Positions 1 through 9,635 of a DNA stretch of 64,000 nucleotides are shown here, one piece after another; position 1 is the stretch's first letter, and each line of letters opens with the position of its first letter. Source of the stretch: Opitutales bacterium (GTDB lineage Bacteria > Verrucomicrobiota > Verrucomicrobiia > Opitutales > PNEW01). The stretch spans positions 2,078,215-2,142,214 of the forward strand of contig CBDANS010000007.1 in NCBI GenBank assembly GCA_965197745.1, read 5' to 3'. Position numbers and translations under genes: made by a program. The notes under the pieces are model-generated. The model saw nothing but the letters and a program-made list of their open reading frames with translations. It did not search any database and was not told the origin of the DNA.

Positions 1-1
1 A

Positions 2-649
2 GGGGAACCGGATTACACTTCAGAGCGGGTCACACGCGATGTGGAAGACCAACTGGAGATACTCGGCACCGATTATTTTGACGGGATGCTCATCCATGAC
101 CCGCTGGAAATCGATCCAACCCTGGCCCCAAATGGGACCCTGTCCGGATTGCTGGGACTCAAATCACGCAGCCTGGTGCGTCACGTCGGCTATGGTATGC
201 GACCCCACGAATTTCACTTAAAAACCATCGAAACCGGTGATGTAGATCTCCTGCTTTGCTTTAACGACTACAATCTCGTCCGCAAAACCGCAGACCAGGA
301 TATTATTCCCGCAGCCACGGCTGCCGATATTGGAATTATGAATGGCTGGTCGATTTTACGTGGCCTATTGACCGGCATCGATATCGATGAGGCCAGGGAA
401 AAGGGACGTTACAAAAATGATAAGGATGCCGATGCCGCACGACAGATTCGAGAGTGGTGTCTGCAAGAGGAAGTTGATCTCCTGCAACTGGCCATCCAAT
501 TTTGCTTAAAGGAAGACCGCATTCACGGCAATACGATTGGCAACCTTAATATCGAGCAATTGGAGGCCAATGTTCAGGCCGCATGCACACCAATCGAGCA
601 GAGCGTGTGGGCGAAGTTTCATGCCGAGTTTGGGATAAATCTGATATAG
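2..649 (+). CDS. Aldo/keto reductase, 5'-truncated by the window edge
   Basis: Frame is open from base 2 (GEPDYTSERVTRDVEDQLEILGTDYFDGMLIHDP); AKR-like LxxLGTDYxDxxxIHxP and C-terminal LAIQF...G..NIEQLEANV. Confidence 0.85.
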   Translation, partial: GEPDYTSERVTRDVEDQLEILGTDYFDGMLIHDPLEIDPTLAPNGTLSGLLGLKSRSLVRHVGYGMRPHEFHLKTIETGDVDLLLCFNDYNLVRKTADQDIIPAATAADIGIMNGWSILRGLLTGIDIDEAREKGRYKNDKDADAARQIREWCLQEEVDLLQLAIQFCLKEDRIHGNTIGNLNIEQLEANVQAACTPIEQSVWAKFHAEFGINLI

Positions 650-1060
650 ATATCCAACGATATATAGCCACAAAATGCACAAGAAAGATTTTACAAGAAG
701 AACGGGACGGGCGGAAAGATGATGGTACTGCATAGACACTGAGGTCGCAAAGTAAAAGAAGAGTTGGCCAAAAAAAGCAAAATTGCGAAGAAAGATCAGG
801 TGAAACACAGTGTCTCATCGCAATGTCATCTCAACTCCGTATGCGAGTGAGACTGATACGGATAAACCTTACCGTGGTTTCTAATTTTGATTTAAAAAAC
901 GCTTAGGGTATATCAGTCGCTCAGCTATTGCTGAGCTATGCGATTAAGCACCGCGTTTCACCTCGTTATTATTTTGTGCTTTTTGTGCCTTTGGGAGATC
1001 TCGCTTCGCTCTGGTAGTGGCTATCTCTTCTCAAAACCACAAACACAGAGAAATAAATTT

Positions 1061-1930
1061 TTAAATCTTAAAAGCGTCCACGAATCCCCATTCTTCTAAC
1101 CACTTAATCCAGCGTTCACGCCTGGGGTTATTTTCGGTGTTTTCCAACCACCAGGGGTCGTATTGAGACCCTACTCTTTCCTGGACTTTTTTATTTTTAC
1201 TCGTCCAGGATCTGAGCGCATCTATCTGTTTACGCATTGATGCTTTCTCTGCGGGGGACTTGGGGTTTTGATAGAAATTATAAGTACAGGTCCGGCGATC
1301 CTCATAGCCGCCAAAGGCTGCATGCCAGGTCCGCTGATTAAACATAATCAAATCACCCGGTTGTGAATTGAATACATAACTCGGGATATCTTTACCACGT
1401 AGTTCATACTTAATTGCTTTTGGAGTCTGATTCGTTTTCTTGCGAAAAGCGGCATCCAGTCCAATATGGAGAAGATCTTCATGCAGAGGATTTTTATGTG
1501 AACCGGGAATGACCCGCAAGGCGCCGTGGTCACCGGTAGTCGGCTGGAGATACATGACGTTTTTTACCATTAATAAATGAGAATCTTCAGTATCTGGATG
1601 CCATTGGGAACTTATCGAGTAACTGTTGGCATTGGAATGAATGGGGACACTATCCTCACCTACCAGTTGTTCTGAAGGCGCGTAAATACGCGGATCTTCA
1701 AGCAAGCTGGCAATAAAAGGCGTTTGCGGGTTTCGGTTAGGCCAGTTATTATTGGAGGGGCGCTCTTCGTTTGGGTCTGCCTCTGCCTTAAGCGTGCTGA
1801 GGCGTTTATCGAACTCCTCGTTTATCTTATTAATCTCCTCTTCGCTGAACACATTTCTCCGTACTAAAAATCCAAATATTTCAAAAAGTTGGATCTGATG
1901 TTCAGTGAGTCGGTAGTTTTCCTTTATCAT
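1061..1930 (-). CDS. PhyH-family Fe(II)/2-oxoglutarate dioxygenase
   Basis: LTEHQIQLFEIFGFLV N-terminus, WHPD, LRVIPGSH, PGDLIMFNQRTWH; start taken as ATG 1930 behind AGAGGA. Confidence 0.88.
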   Translation of the reverse strand: MIKENYRLTEHQIQLFEIFGFLVRRNVFSEEEINKINEEFDKRLSTLKAEADPNEERPSNNNWPNRNPQTPFIASLLEDPRIYAPSEQLVGEDSVPIHSNANSYSISSQWHPDTEDSHLLMVKNVMYLQPTTGDHGALRVIPGSHKNPLHEDLLHIGLDAAFRKKTNQTPKAIKYELRGKDIPSYVFNSQPGDLIMFNQRTWHAAFGGYEDRRTCTYNFYQNPKSPAEKASMRKQIDALRSWTSKNKKVQERVGSQYDPWWLENTENNPRRERWIKWLEEWGFVDAFKI

Positions 1931-2072
1931 AATAATATTTCCTCTACGCAAAAAGAAGGGTTAGGTTTTAGGTTGAAGAGGTGGAGCGGGCTGCCTGACG
2001 GCCATAGCTTATCAATGCACAGCGACGGCTGTTCCCCAGCACGCTTCTCTTTTTGACTTTTTGACCTTTTGA

Positions 2073-2882
2073 CTAAGAGACTACATTTTTTAAACGCATC
2101 ACTTGTCGAGCGTGATCGGAAAGACTATCCCAGAGAGAGCGAGGAATAGTGTTCTCCGCATTAATATGCATCCTTTGATTAGTAAACCAAGGGCGACTGA
2201 ATCCCATGCTGAGTTCATCGCGCGAGTGGTCAGAGACGTTAGGTGTTCCGCGGTGAAAAAGACGTGGGTCATACAGCCATACAGTCCCACGCTTCACATT
2301 TAGACGAATCGGATAGTAATTGCCTTTGCGATTGGGGCCCTCTCCCAGGACATGGTCGAACCACTTCCCTCTTCTCCCATCAATTTCTTTGTAACAAACC
2401 TCTTCATCGGCAATATAGTGACTGGATGGAAGCACTTCGATACTGCCGTTTTCCACAGTTGCGTCAACGAGGGGAATTCTTAGAGCGACAGAAATCGTCG
2501 GTGTCATTAACCCTGGAAAGATCAGGTCCACATCGCGATGCCACCTTTGATAGACTGATCCAGGAAACGGTGTATTCGAATTATAATTTTGACAGATGTA
2601 ATCGTCACCCAGTACATTTTCAAAAAGTTTTACGAGGGTTGGATGTTCAAAAATCTCAGGATCAACAAAGGGGTATTCAAATGGAATTAAGATCGCATAG
2701 CGGTTTAAACCCCGGTTGGGATCGTCCCCTTGTCTTTCAATTTCCCGGTCTCTAATCGGTATCCATGCCTCGTATATCCGATCGAGTTTGTCGGTGGAAA
2801 TAAAGTCTTCTAATACAATAAATCCGTTGATTTTAAATTCTTCAATCAGTTGATCGCAATTATACTGGGTTGCTACGCTCAT
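2073..2882 (-). CDS. PhyH-family Fe(II)/2-oxoglutarate dioxygenase
   Basis: FKINGFIVL, QRWHRD, ENGSIEVLPSSH, GTVWLYDPRLFHRGTPN..R. Confidence 0.9.
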   Translation of the reverse strand: MSVATQYNCDQLIEEFKINGFIVLEDFISTDKLDRIYEAWIPIRDREIERQGDDPNRGLNRYAILIPFEYPFVDPEIFEHPTLVKLFENVLGDDYICQNYNSNTPFPGSVYQRWHRDVDLIFPGLMTPTISVALRIPLVDATVENGSIEVLPSSHYIADEEVCYKEIDGRRGKWFDHVLGEGPNRKGNYYPIRLNVKRGTVWLYDPRLFHRGTPNVSDHSRDELSMGFSRPWFTNQRMHINAENTIPRSLWDSLSDHARQVMRLKNVVS

Positions 2883-2990
2883 TTATTATACAAGTGATGT
2901 TGTCATTTATTGATTTATGAATATTCAAATAAAACTGAAAAGTAAATAGATTACCTCTTATTCGCAATAAATGGCAGAGCATGTATTAAT

Positions 2991-4187
2991 ATGAAGAGGG
3001 AGACAACCCTACTCTTAGAGACGGAGAACAATGATCCTTTGCTCGCCAGTATGCTGGAGGGATCGATAGATGATTTGGCACAGGCGACACGACCACCATT
3101 CCTGAATAGTACTGACACACCCGTCACATGGGGACCTGAGGACTGGGAAGCCATGAAAGCGACGCGAGCGGACATCTTTAATTTCTCGGCGATTGAGTCA
3201 CAGTTCGATCCCGAGCGATTTCTCTCTGAAGGATACGCCATTCTGGAAGGAGTGATGACGGAAGAGGCCAGGAAGGCGTGGGTAATAGCCGCAAAGGCCG
3301 GACAGCAGATCAATGACACGTTACTTCGGTCGGACTGGAGGCAGATCGACTGGCGGGCTCTCGGACGGACTCCTCCTGACAAGTCACTGACAGCGATTGA
3401 AATCGAGAATGCGATCGGAGGGAGCCAGCAGGTCCCCCAGTCTGATGACGAAGCTGGAATCCTGACACTTCGGGTCCACAGCGTGTTCGCGGAGTATTTT
3501 CCAGCGGGCCATATCCCCTTCCTCATGGATATTCTTACTCATCCACAGATGCTTCAGCTTCAGCGAATGTGCCTTGGATCCGACACTATTTACTTCGATC
3601 ACAACCAACTACTCACGCGCCCGGGCGGTTATCCAGGCAACAGCTGGCATTGCCACCTGATCGGTGCGGGACGCGATAACTGTGGTGTCGCCGATCTTAC
3701 TGAATACCGCGCTCAACCTAACACTAACCTTACAATCTGTTATCCCGAGGGTTTCGAGACTGGGGAAGATGGCGGGTTAAAGATTGTGAAGGGCAGTCAT
3801 TTGTTTCGCGATCCGGCTAACTGCCGGTTTGCGACTGACGAGGATATGGAACAGCAGTGGCTGGCAAGGCGAACCCATCCGGTGACGGGTGCTCCTCTTC
3901 GAATTGAACACCTCGCTCTGCCCCCCGGCTCGATCGTCTGCTGCCTTACACACGCTGCCCACGGGGTAGACCCTAAGGCCGCGAGCCGGAAAACGCGATG
4001 GTGCACACTGTATTGCTATAAAAAACCGGATGACCTGACAGGTCTTGTCCAACCCCCGAGTGCCGTCCCTCCCGTTTGGGCGATGAAGGCGAAGCGAGGA
4101 GAGTTGCCGGATACATTAGAGGAACTGCTCAGACACAGCTTCGATCGGGCGCTGACCGGCGGGCGTACTGAACACGATGAAACGTGA
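2991..4187 (+). CDS. Divergent PhyH-family dioxygenase (HxH variant)
   Basis: FLSEGYAILEGV, WHCH, GGLKIVKGSH, PGSIVCCLTHAAHGV...R. Confidence 0.8.
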   Translation: MKRETTLLLETENNDPLLASMLEGSIDDLAQATRPPFLNSTDTPVTWGPEDWEAMKATRADIFNFSAIESQFDPERFLSEGYAILEGVMTEEARKAWVIAAKAGQQINDTLLRSDWRQIDWRALGRTPPDKSLTAIEIENAIGGSQQVPQSDDEAGILTLRVHSVFAEYFPAGHIPFLMDILTHPQMLQLQRMCLGSDTIYFDHNQLLTRPGGYPGNSWHCHLIGAGRDNCGVADLTEYRAQPNTNLTICYPEGFETGEDGGLKIVKGSHLFRDPANCRFATDEDMEQQWLARRTHPVTGAPLRIEHLALPPGSIVCCLTHAAHGVDPKAASRKTRWCTLYCYKKPDDLTGLVQPPSAVPPVWAMKAKRGELPDTLEELLRHSFDRALTGGRTEHDET

Positions 4188-4402
4188 ACAAGAAAAAGAT
4201 AAGTTACTTAATTGGCTTATTTAACACGTCTACCGGTTTCGCAATCAATCTCCCTTAACAACTCGAGTTTTTTTTCAAATGATAAATAATTATTTTCTCG
4301 TTTATAATATTCGGTAGTTTTTTTGTTCCATACACTGATAAAAGTACTGGACGAAACAGGTTAGCTGATTGAAATGAGAAAGCGCAAAACCCTCATTCCA
4401 AC

Positions 4403-6301
4403 ATGATGAAAACTTTCTACTCTATACTCCTATCCACGTGTCTTTACATTTTCAGCTTTGCACAGGAGCCGATTGACATCGGTTCGCGCCTCGAACTGTT
4501 CGTCGATGATTATTTAATCGATACGCTGTCCGGAGAAGCACAAATGATTTTACACCATCCTACTCCGCGAGAGGTTGCCATTGTGCACGATGAACCCTGG
4601 GAAGGCAACAGCAGCAATTACCACAGTGTATTTAAGGATGGCGATCGCTATCGTTTGTACTACATGGCGCACGATTATACCATCACCGAAAGAGAAGTAA
4701 CCTCATCGCACCCGTTATATTATTGTTACGCCGAAAGTAACGACGGTATACACTGGCGAAAACCCGAACTGGACCTCATTGAGTTCAATGGATCAAAGAA
4801 AAATAATATTATGTGGGCCGACTACCAGACAGATTGGGAAGTACAGCCTGGTAGAGCGGTGATTATATCCATCAACTATCACGGTGAAGATCTGAAATAT
4901 CAATGGTATATCGGCAAACCTGGTGACACGACTAACCCCATCGCAGGCGCAACCAGCAACACACTGAATACCGGCGCTCTCAATGAGAGTACAAACTTCT
5001 GGGTCCAGATTAAAACAAAAACTGGAGTTTATATTAACAGCGATACTTCGATCATCACTGTTGCGGCCCCCTCCGTCACTTCGGTTGATGAGGATTTGAA
5101 CGGTAATTTCGAAAAAGAGATGCAAGGTCCTAACGGGAACGTATTTGGTCCGATATTACTCAATGCTGTCGACTCAGGACATTCCGCAGTGTTTAAAGAC
5201 ACAAACCCTGAAGCATCACCGGATGCACGTTACAAAGCTATCCGTGTATCCGGTGATTTCGAAGGATTAAGAGTTTACAAGTCGGCTAACGGCATTCATT
5301 GGACGACAATGAGTGACAAAAAGATCATTTCAGAAAGAGAAATGAAGATCTTTGAACCTACCTTAAAAAGTATTTACTTCGATTCGCAAAATCTGGCCTT
5401 TTGGGATTCTGCCACCGGGCTTTACCGCCTCTACTTTCGTTCCTGGCCTGATGACCGCCGCGACATAATGACGATGACCTCGACTGACTTTATAAACTGG
5501 GTCGATCCCGTTCGTCTCAAATACCCAGGTGCACGGCCCGATCATTTGTACACCAACCAGATTAAACCCTACTACCGAGCGCCTCATATTCTCATCGGCT
5601 TTCCTACCCGCTTTATCAATCGTGGATGGACGGATTCAACACGAGCACTGCCGGATTTATTCGAACGTCGCCAACGAGCTGGATCCGATGTCGATACTGA
5701 AAAAGAGGGGCCGAAACTTCATTTCAGCAGCGCGATTACCGAAGCTATATTCATGACCAGTCGAGACGGGCAGACTTTCAAACGCTGGGATGAAGCGTTT
5801 CTGCGACCGGGCATTGAACGAAATGACAGCTGGGCTTATGGCAACCAGTACATTGCCTGGCAACTGGTTGAAACAAAGTCGAGCTTTGAAGGTGCTCCGA
5901 ACGAGTTGTCGCTCTATGCCACTGAAGGTTATTGGACCGGCACCAGCGATCAGCTGCGCCGTTATACAATACGCATCGATGGGTTCGTTTCGATCAATGC
6001 GCCCCTCAGCGGCGGTGAACTGGTGACCAAGCCGCTTGTTTTCGACGGTGACGAGATGGTCATCAATTTCTCAAGCTCCGCGGCCGGTGGCGTTCAGGTT
6101 GAAATACAGGATGACTCTGGCAATCCGATAGAAGGTTTTACTCTTTCAGATTGTTTGCCAGTATTCGGCGACTCGATCGAACGCAAGGTGAAGTGGAAAG
6201 GAACTCCCAACCTTGCCAAACTTGCTGGGCAACCCGTTCACCTCCGTTTTCTTTGCAAAGACGCCGATCTCTATTCTTTTTGCTTTCGTTCTTCACCATG
6301 A
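4403..6301 (+). CDS. Secreted beta-propeller (glycoside hydrolase/sialidase-like) protein with an inserted Ig-like module
   Basis: Signal peptide; RLELFVDDYLI start; Asp-box-like repeats AESNDGIHW, KSANGIHW, TSTDFINW, TSRDGQTF; C-terminal RIDGFVS...LRF...ADLYSF. Confidence 0.75.
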   Translation: MMKTFYSILLSTCLYIFSFAQEPIDIGSRLELFVDDYLIDTLSGEAQMILHHPTPREVAIVHDEPWEGNSSNYHSVFKDGDRYRLYYMAHDYTITEREVTSSHPLYYCYAESNDGIHWRKPELDLIEFNGSKKNNIMWADYQTDWEVQPGRAVIISINYHGEDLKYQWYIGKPGDTTNPIAGATSNTLNTGALNESTNFWVQIKTKTGVYINSDTSIITVAAPSVTSVDEDLNGNFEKEMQGPNGNVFGPILLNAVDSGHSAVFKDTNPEASPDARYKAIRVSGDFEGLRVYKSANGIHWTTMSDKKIISEREMKIFEPTLKSIYFDSQNLAFWDSATGLYRLYFRSWPDDRRDIMTMTSTDFINWVDPVRLKYPGARPDHLYTNQIKPYYRAPHILIGFPTRFINRGWTDSTRALPDLFERRQRAGSDVDTEKEGPKLHFSSAITEAIFMTSRDGQTFKRWDEAFLRPGIERNDSWAYGNQYIAWQLVETKSSFEGAPNELSLYATEGYWTGTSDQLRRYTIRIDGFVSINAPLSGGELVTKPLVFDGDEMVINFSSSAAGGVQVEIQDDSGNPIEGFTLSDCLPVFGDSIERKVKWKGTPNLAKLAGQPVHLRFLCKDADLYSFCFRSSP

Positions 6302-6350
6302 TTTCAATTTATACACTTAGACAGCTGTTATAGATCGGGAGAAAGTCACT

Positions 6351-7952
6351 ATGGCCTATGGTAAACTAGAAGAACCGAAGCTTTTCAATGACGAACAAAT
6401 GCGACAGTTTGTTGCAGACGGGTATGTGGTTTTTAAACCCGAAGTATCAGATGAGGTGCACAAGACAGTCAGGGAACAGCTTCAAATTATGGAGGAAGAA
6501 GAGTTTAATTTCGGCAATAATGTCCTGCCTCGCGTTCCAGAGATGGATCGTATTTTAAACAGCCCGGAAGTGAGAGGGGCTTTGATCAGCGTGCTCGGTC
6601 CAGGATACATTGAACACCCTCACCGTCATTCTCATTATATCGCTCCCGATGCCGAACAAAAAACATTGGCGCAAAATTGTCACCAGGACTCTTATTCACC
6701 TTTAGGACGGCCGCGACAACACTACCCCCGTTTTGCGCGCATTATGTACTATCCGCAGGATTCACCCGTTGAAATCGGACCCACCTATGCGATACCGGGC
6801 ACAAATTATCACAAGCAGTTGACCGATGAAGATCGTCACAATGCCATCCCGATAGCTGGTAAAGCGGGCACGGTGTCGATTACCCATTTCGATATCGGAC
6901 ACGCCGCGGGCATCAATAGGATTAAAAAACCTCGGCACATGATAAAATTCATCTATACTCGAGCCGAAGAACCGAGTGAACCCTCTTGGGATTGCCAGGA
7001 GAAAACATGGAGAAATCCAGAGAACTTTGAAGCCCCTCATAACTTAAATTTGGTGTGGTCACACGTTTGGGATTGGCTGTGCGGTAAGAAGGACCGGTAT
7101 GATAGTTTTCGCGCTTCTAATACTGATAGCGTTGGGGAGGCGTTGGATGCCATGAATGCCGCCGATCTGGATACCCGAATTTCGGCCATGCATTCGATTG
7201 CTGCTATGAGTGATATCAAAGCGATAGCATCACTCATCAATCGGTTAAATTCCGAACCTTCCTGGGAACGAGTGACGGCGATCTACACCCTGGGTGCGCT
7301 TGGAAAGCCGGCCGTGGAACCCCTGGTTGCGAAGTTAAAAGATTCGGTAAATAGCAATGAGGGTGATCCTTTGAAAAAATACTGGAATGAGAATGCTATT
7401 TCAATGGACGATGCCACTCATGCACTGGCAGCGATAGGTACGCCTTCATTAAATTCTCTTATTGAATTGCTCGATCATTCGAATGCGTGGGTTCGGATCA
7501 ATGCAGCCTTTGCCTTAGGTGAGATGGATTCTTCTGCGACAAAAGCCATACCTGCTCTGACACGTTGTTTGGATGACGCGTCCCATTGTGTCGTGAGGAC
7601 TGTAGCTGACTCATTAGGTATCATACGGAAAAACCACGAACAATTTATGCCTTCGCTTGGACGCTTGCTCAAAGTCGGTCGGCCTGAATGGCAAACTCCG
7701 GATCTACGCAGTTGGACTCCTAATGACCAGGTTCGAGTCAATGCCGCGATGGCATTTACCCGTTTGGGAAAAGATGCCGCACCTGCAGAGGAATTATTGC
7801 TCGAAAAATTGGGTGATCCCAATGGACATGTAGCCCTGTTTGTTTTAGAAACTTTGCGACGAATAGGGACGCCTTTAGCGATGGAGGGCGTGATGGAATA
7901 TTTAATGACGAGACGGTGGGACGAGGGTATTATTAAAGGTCGAATGTATTAA
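6351..7952 (+). CDS. PhyH dioxygenase-HEAT repeat fusion, copy 1
   Basis: QFVADGYVV, HQD, GPT..IPGT, THFDIGH; C-terminal HEAT repeats (WVRINAAFALGEM, VRVNAAMAF). Confidence 0.88.
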   Translation: MAYGKLEEPKLFNDEQMRQFVADGYVVFKPEVSDEVHKTVREQLQIMEEEEFNFGNNVLPRVPEMDRILNSPEVRGALISVLGPGYIEHPHRHSHYIAPDAEQKTLAQNCHQDSYSPLGRPRQHYPRFARIMYYPQDSPVEIGPTYAIPGTNYHKQLTDEDRHNAIPIAGKAGTVSITHFDIGHAAGINRIKKPRHMIKFIYTRAEEPSEPSWDCQEKTWRNPENFEAPHNLNLVWSHVWDWLCGKKDRYDSFRASNTDSVGEALDAMNAADLDTRISAMHSIAAMSDIKAIASLINRLNSEPSWERVTAIYTLGALGKPAVEPLVAKLKDSVNSNEGDPLKKYWNENAISMDDATHALAAIGTPSLNSLIELLDHSNAWVRINAAFALGEMDSSATKAIPALTRCLDDASHCVVRTVADSLGIIRKNHEQFMPSLGRLLKVGRPEWQTPDLRSWTPNDQVRVNAAMAFTRLGKDAAPAEELLLEKLGDPNGHVALFVLETLRRIGTPLAMEGVMEYLMTRRWDEGIIKGRMY

Positions 7953-7993
7953 TTGCGGATTGTAATAACCGCACAAATCGGAAAAATTTTGTT

Positions 7994-9595
7994 ATGGTGT
8001 ATGGTAAACAAGCAAAGCCAAAGTTATTAAATGATGAGCAAATGCGTCAGTTTGTTGCTGACGGGTACGTCGTCTTTCAACCTGAGGTGCCAGATGAAGT
8101 GCACACGACGATCAGGGAAAAGCTTCAATACATGTTCGATGAAGAATACAATTATGGCAATAACGTGCTGCCCCGTGTTTCAGAGATGGATCGTATTCTA
8201 AACAGCCCGGAAGTGAGAGGTGCTTTAATCAGCGTACTCGGGCCGGGGTATATTGAACACCCGCACCGTTATTGTCATTATATCGGTCCCGATACAGATC
8301 AGACAAAAATAGCGCTAAATTATCACCAGGATGGTTATACGCCCTTGGCACGGGCGCGACAACACTATCCTCGCTTTGCGCGCTTAATGTACTATCCGCA
8401 GGATTCACCTAATGAGATCGGTCCCACACGAGTAATTCCGGGGACACAATATCACAAAAGTTTGACCGACGAAGATCGACAAAATGGCATCGCGCTGGAA
8501 GGAAAAGCGGGCACGGTGTCGATTACTCATTTTGATATTGGACACGCCGCCGGCATCAATGAGGTTAACAAACCTCGGCATATGATAAAATTTATCTACG
8601 CTCGATCCGAAGAACCGAGCGGACCATCATGGGATTGCCAGGATCAAAGGTGGAGAGATCCTGAGACTTTTGAAATCCCTCATAACTTGAATTTGGTGTG
8701 GTCACACATTTGGGATTGGTTATGTGGAAAAAAAGATCCGTATGAAAGTTTTCGTGCTCTAAAAACGGATACGATGAATGAAGCGCTGGATGCCATGAAT
8801 GCCGATGATCTGGATACCCGAATTTCTGCCATGCATTCGATTGCTGCACGTGGTGATATCAAAGCGATCCCCTCACTCATCAGCCGCTTAAATTCCGACC
8901 CATCCTGGGAACGAGTGACAGCTGTCTACACCCTGGGTGCGCTCGGTCAACCCGCCATCGAGCCTCTAGTCGCCGCGCTTAAAGATTCGACTAAGGACAA
9001 AGATGAAGATCCTATGGCCAAATTTTGGAATGAAGGTGCTATTTCGATGGATGATGCTGCTCATGCACTGGCGGCCATGGGTCTACTATCATTGGACTCT
9101 CTGATTGATCTGTTGAACGATTCAAGTGAATGGATACGTATTAATGCCGCATTTGCTCTTGGTGAGATAGATTCTGATGCAGCTAAAGCTGTTCCTGCTT
9201 TGACGCGCTGTTTGGATGATGCGTCACATTGTGTCGTGAGGACGGCAACAGATGCATTGAGTACTATAAAGCAAAGCAGCGATAAATTTATACCCTCGCT
9301 TGGGCGATTGCTAAAAGGAGGTCGGCCGGAATGGCTAAAACCTCTTAGACGGAACTGGACTGCTTACGATCAGGTTAGAGTCAATGCGGCCATGGCATTC
9401 ACACGTTTGGGAAAAGATGCAGTGCCCGCAGAGGAATTACTGCTCGATAAATTAGCCGATCCCAATGGCCATGTGTCCGCCTTTGCAGCGGAAGCCTTGC
9501 GACGCATGGGTACCCCTTTGGCCATTGAAGGTGTGTTGGAATATTTGATGACAAGGCGGTGGGATGACAGTCTTGTTAAAGATCGAACCTTTTAA
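7994..9595 (+). CDS. PhyH dioxygenase-HEAT repeat fusion, copy 2
   Basis: Co-linear paralog of 6351-7952 with the same motifs. Confidence 0.88.
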   Translation: MVYGKQAKPKLLNDEQMRQFVADGYVVFQPEVPDEVHTTIREKLQYMFDEEYNYGNNVLPRVSEMDRILNSPEVRGALISVLGPGYIEHPHRYCHYIGPDTDQTKIALNYHQDGYTPLARARQHYPRFARLMYYPQDSPNEIGPTRVIPGTQYHKSLTDEDRQNGIALEGKAGTVSITHFDIGHAAGINEVNKPRHMIKFIYARSEEPSGPSWDCQDQRWRDPETFEIPHNLNLVWSHIWDWLCGKKDPYESFRALKTDTMNEALDAMNADDLDTRISAMHSIAARGDIKAIPSLISRLNSDPSWERVTAVYTLGALGQPAIEPLVAALKDSTKDKDEDPMAKFWNEGAISMDDAAHALAAMGLLSLDSLIDLLNDSSEWIRINAAFALGEIDSDAAKAVPALTRCLDDASHCVVRTATDALSTIKQSSDKFIPSLGRLLKGGRPEWLKPLRRNWTAYDQVRVNAAMAFTRLGKDAVPAEELLLDKLADPNGHVSAFAAEALRRMGTPLAIEGVLEYLMTRRWDDSLVKDRTF

Positions 9596-9635
9596 ATCAG
9601 ATTGATAATAAAACGCAGTTCAGAAACTTTTTGCT

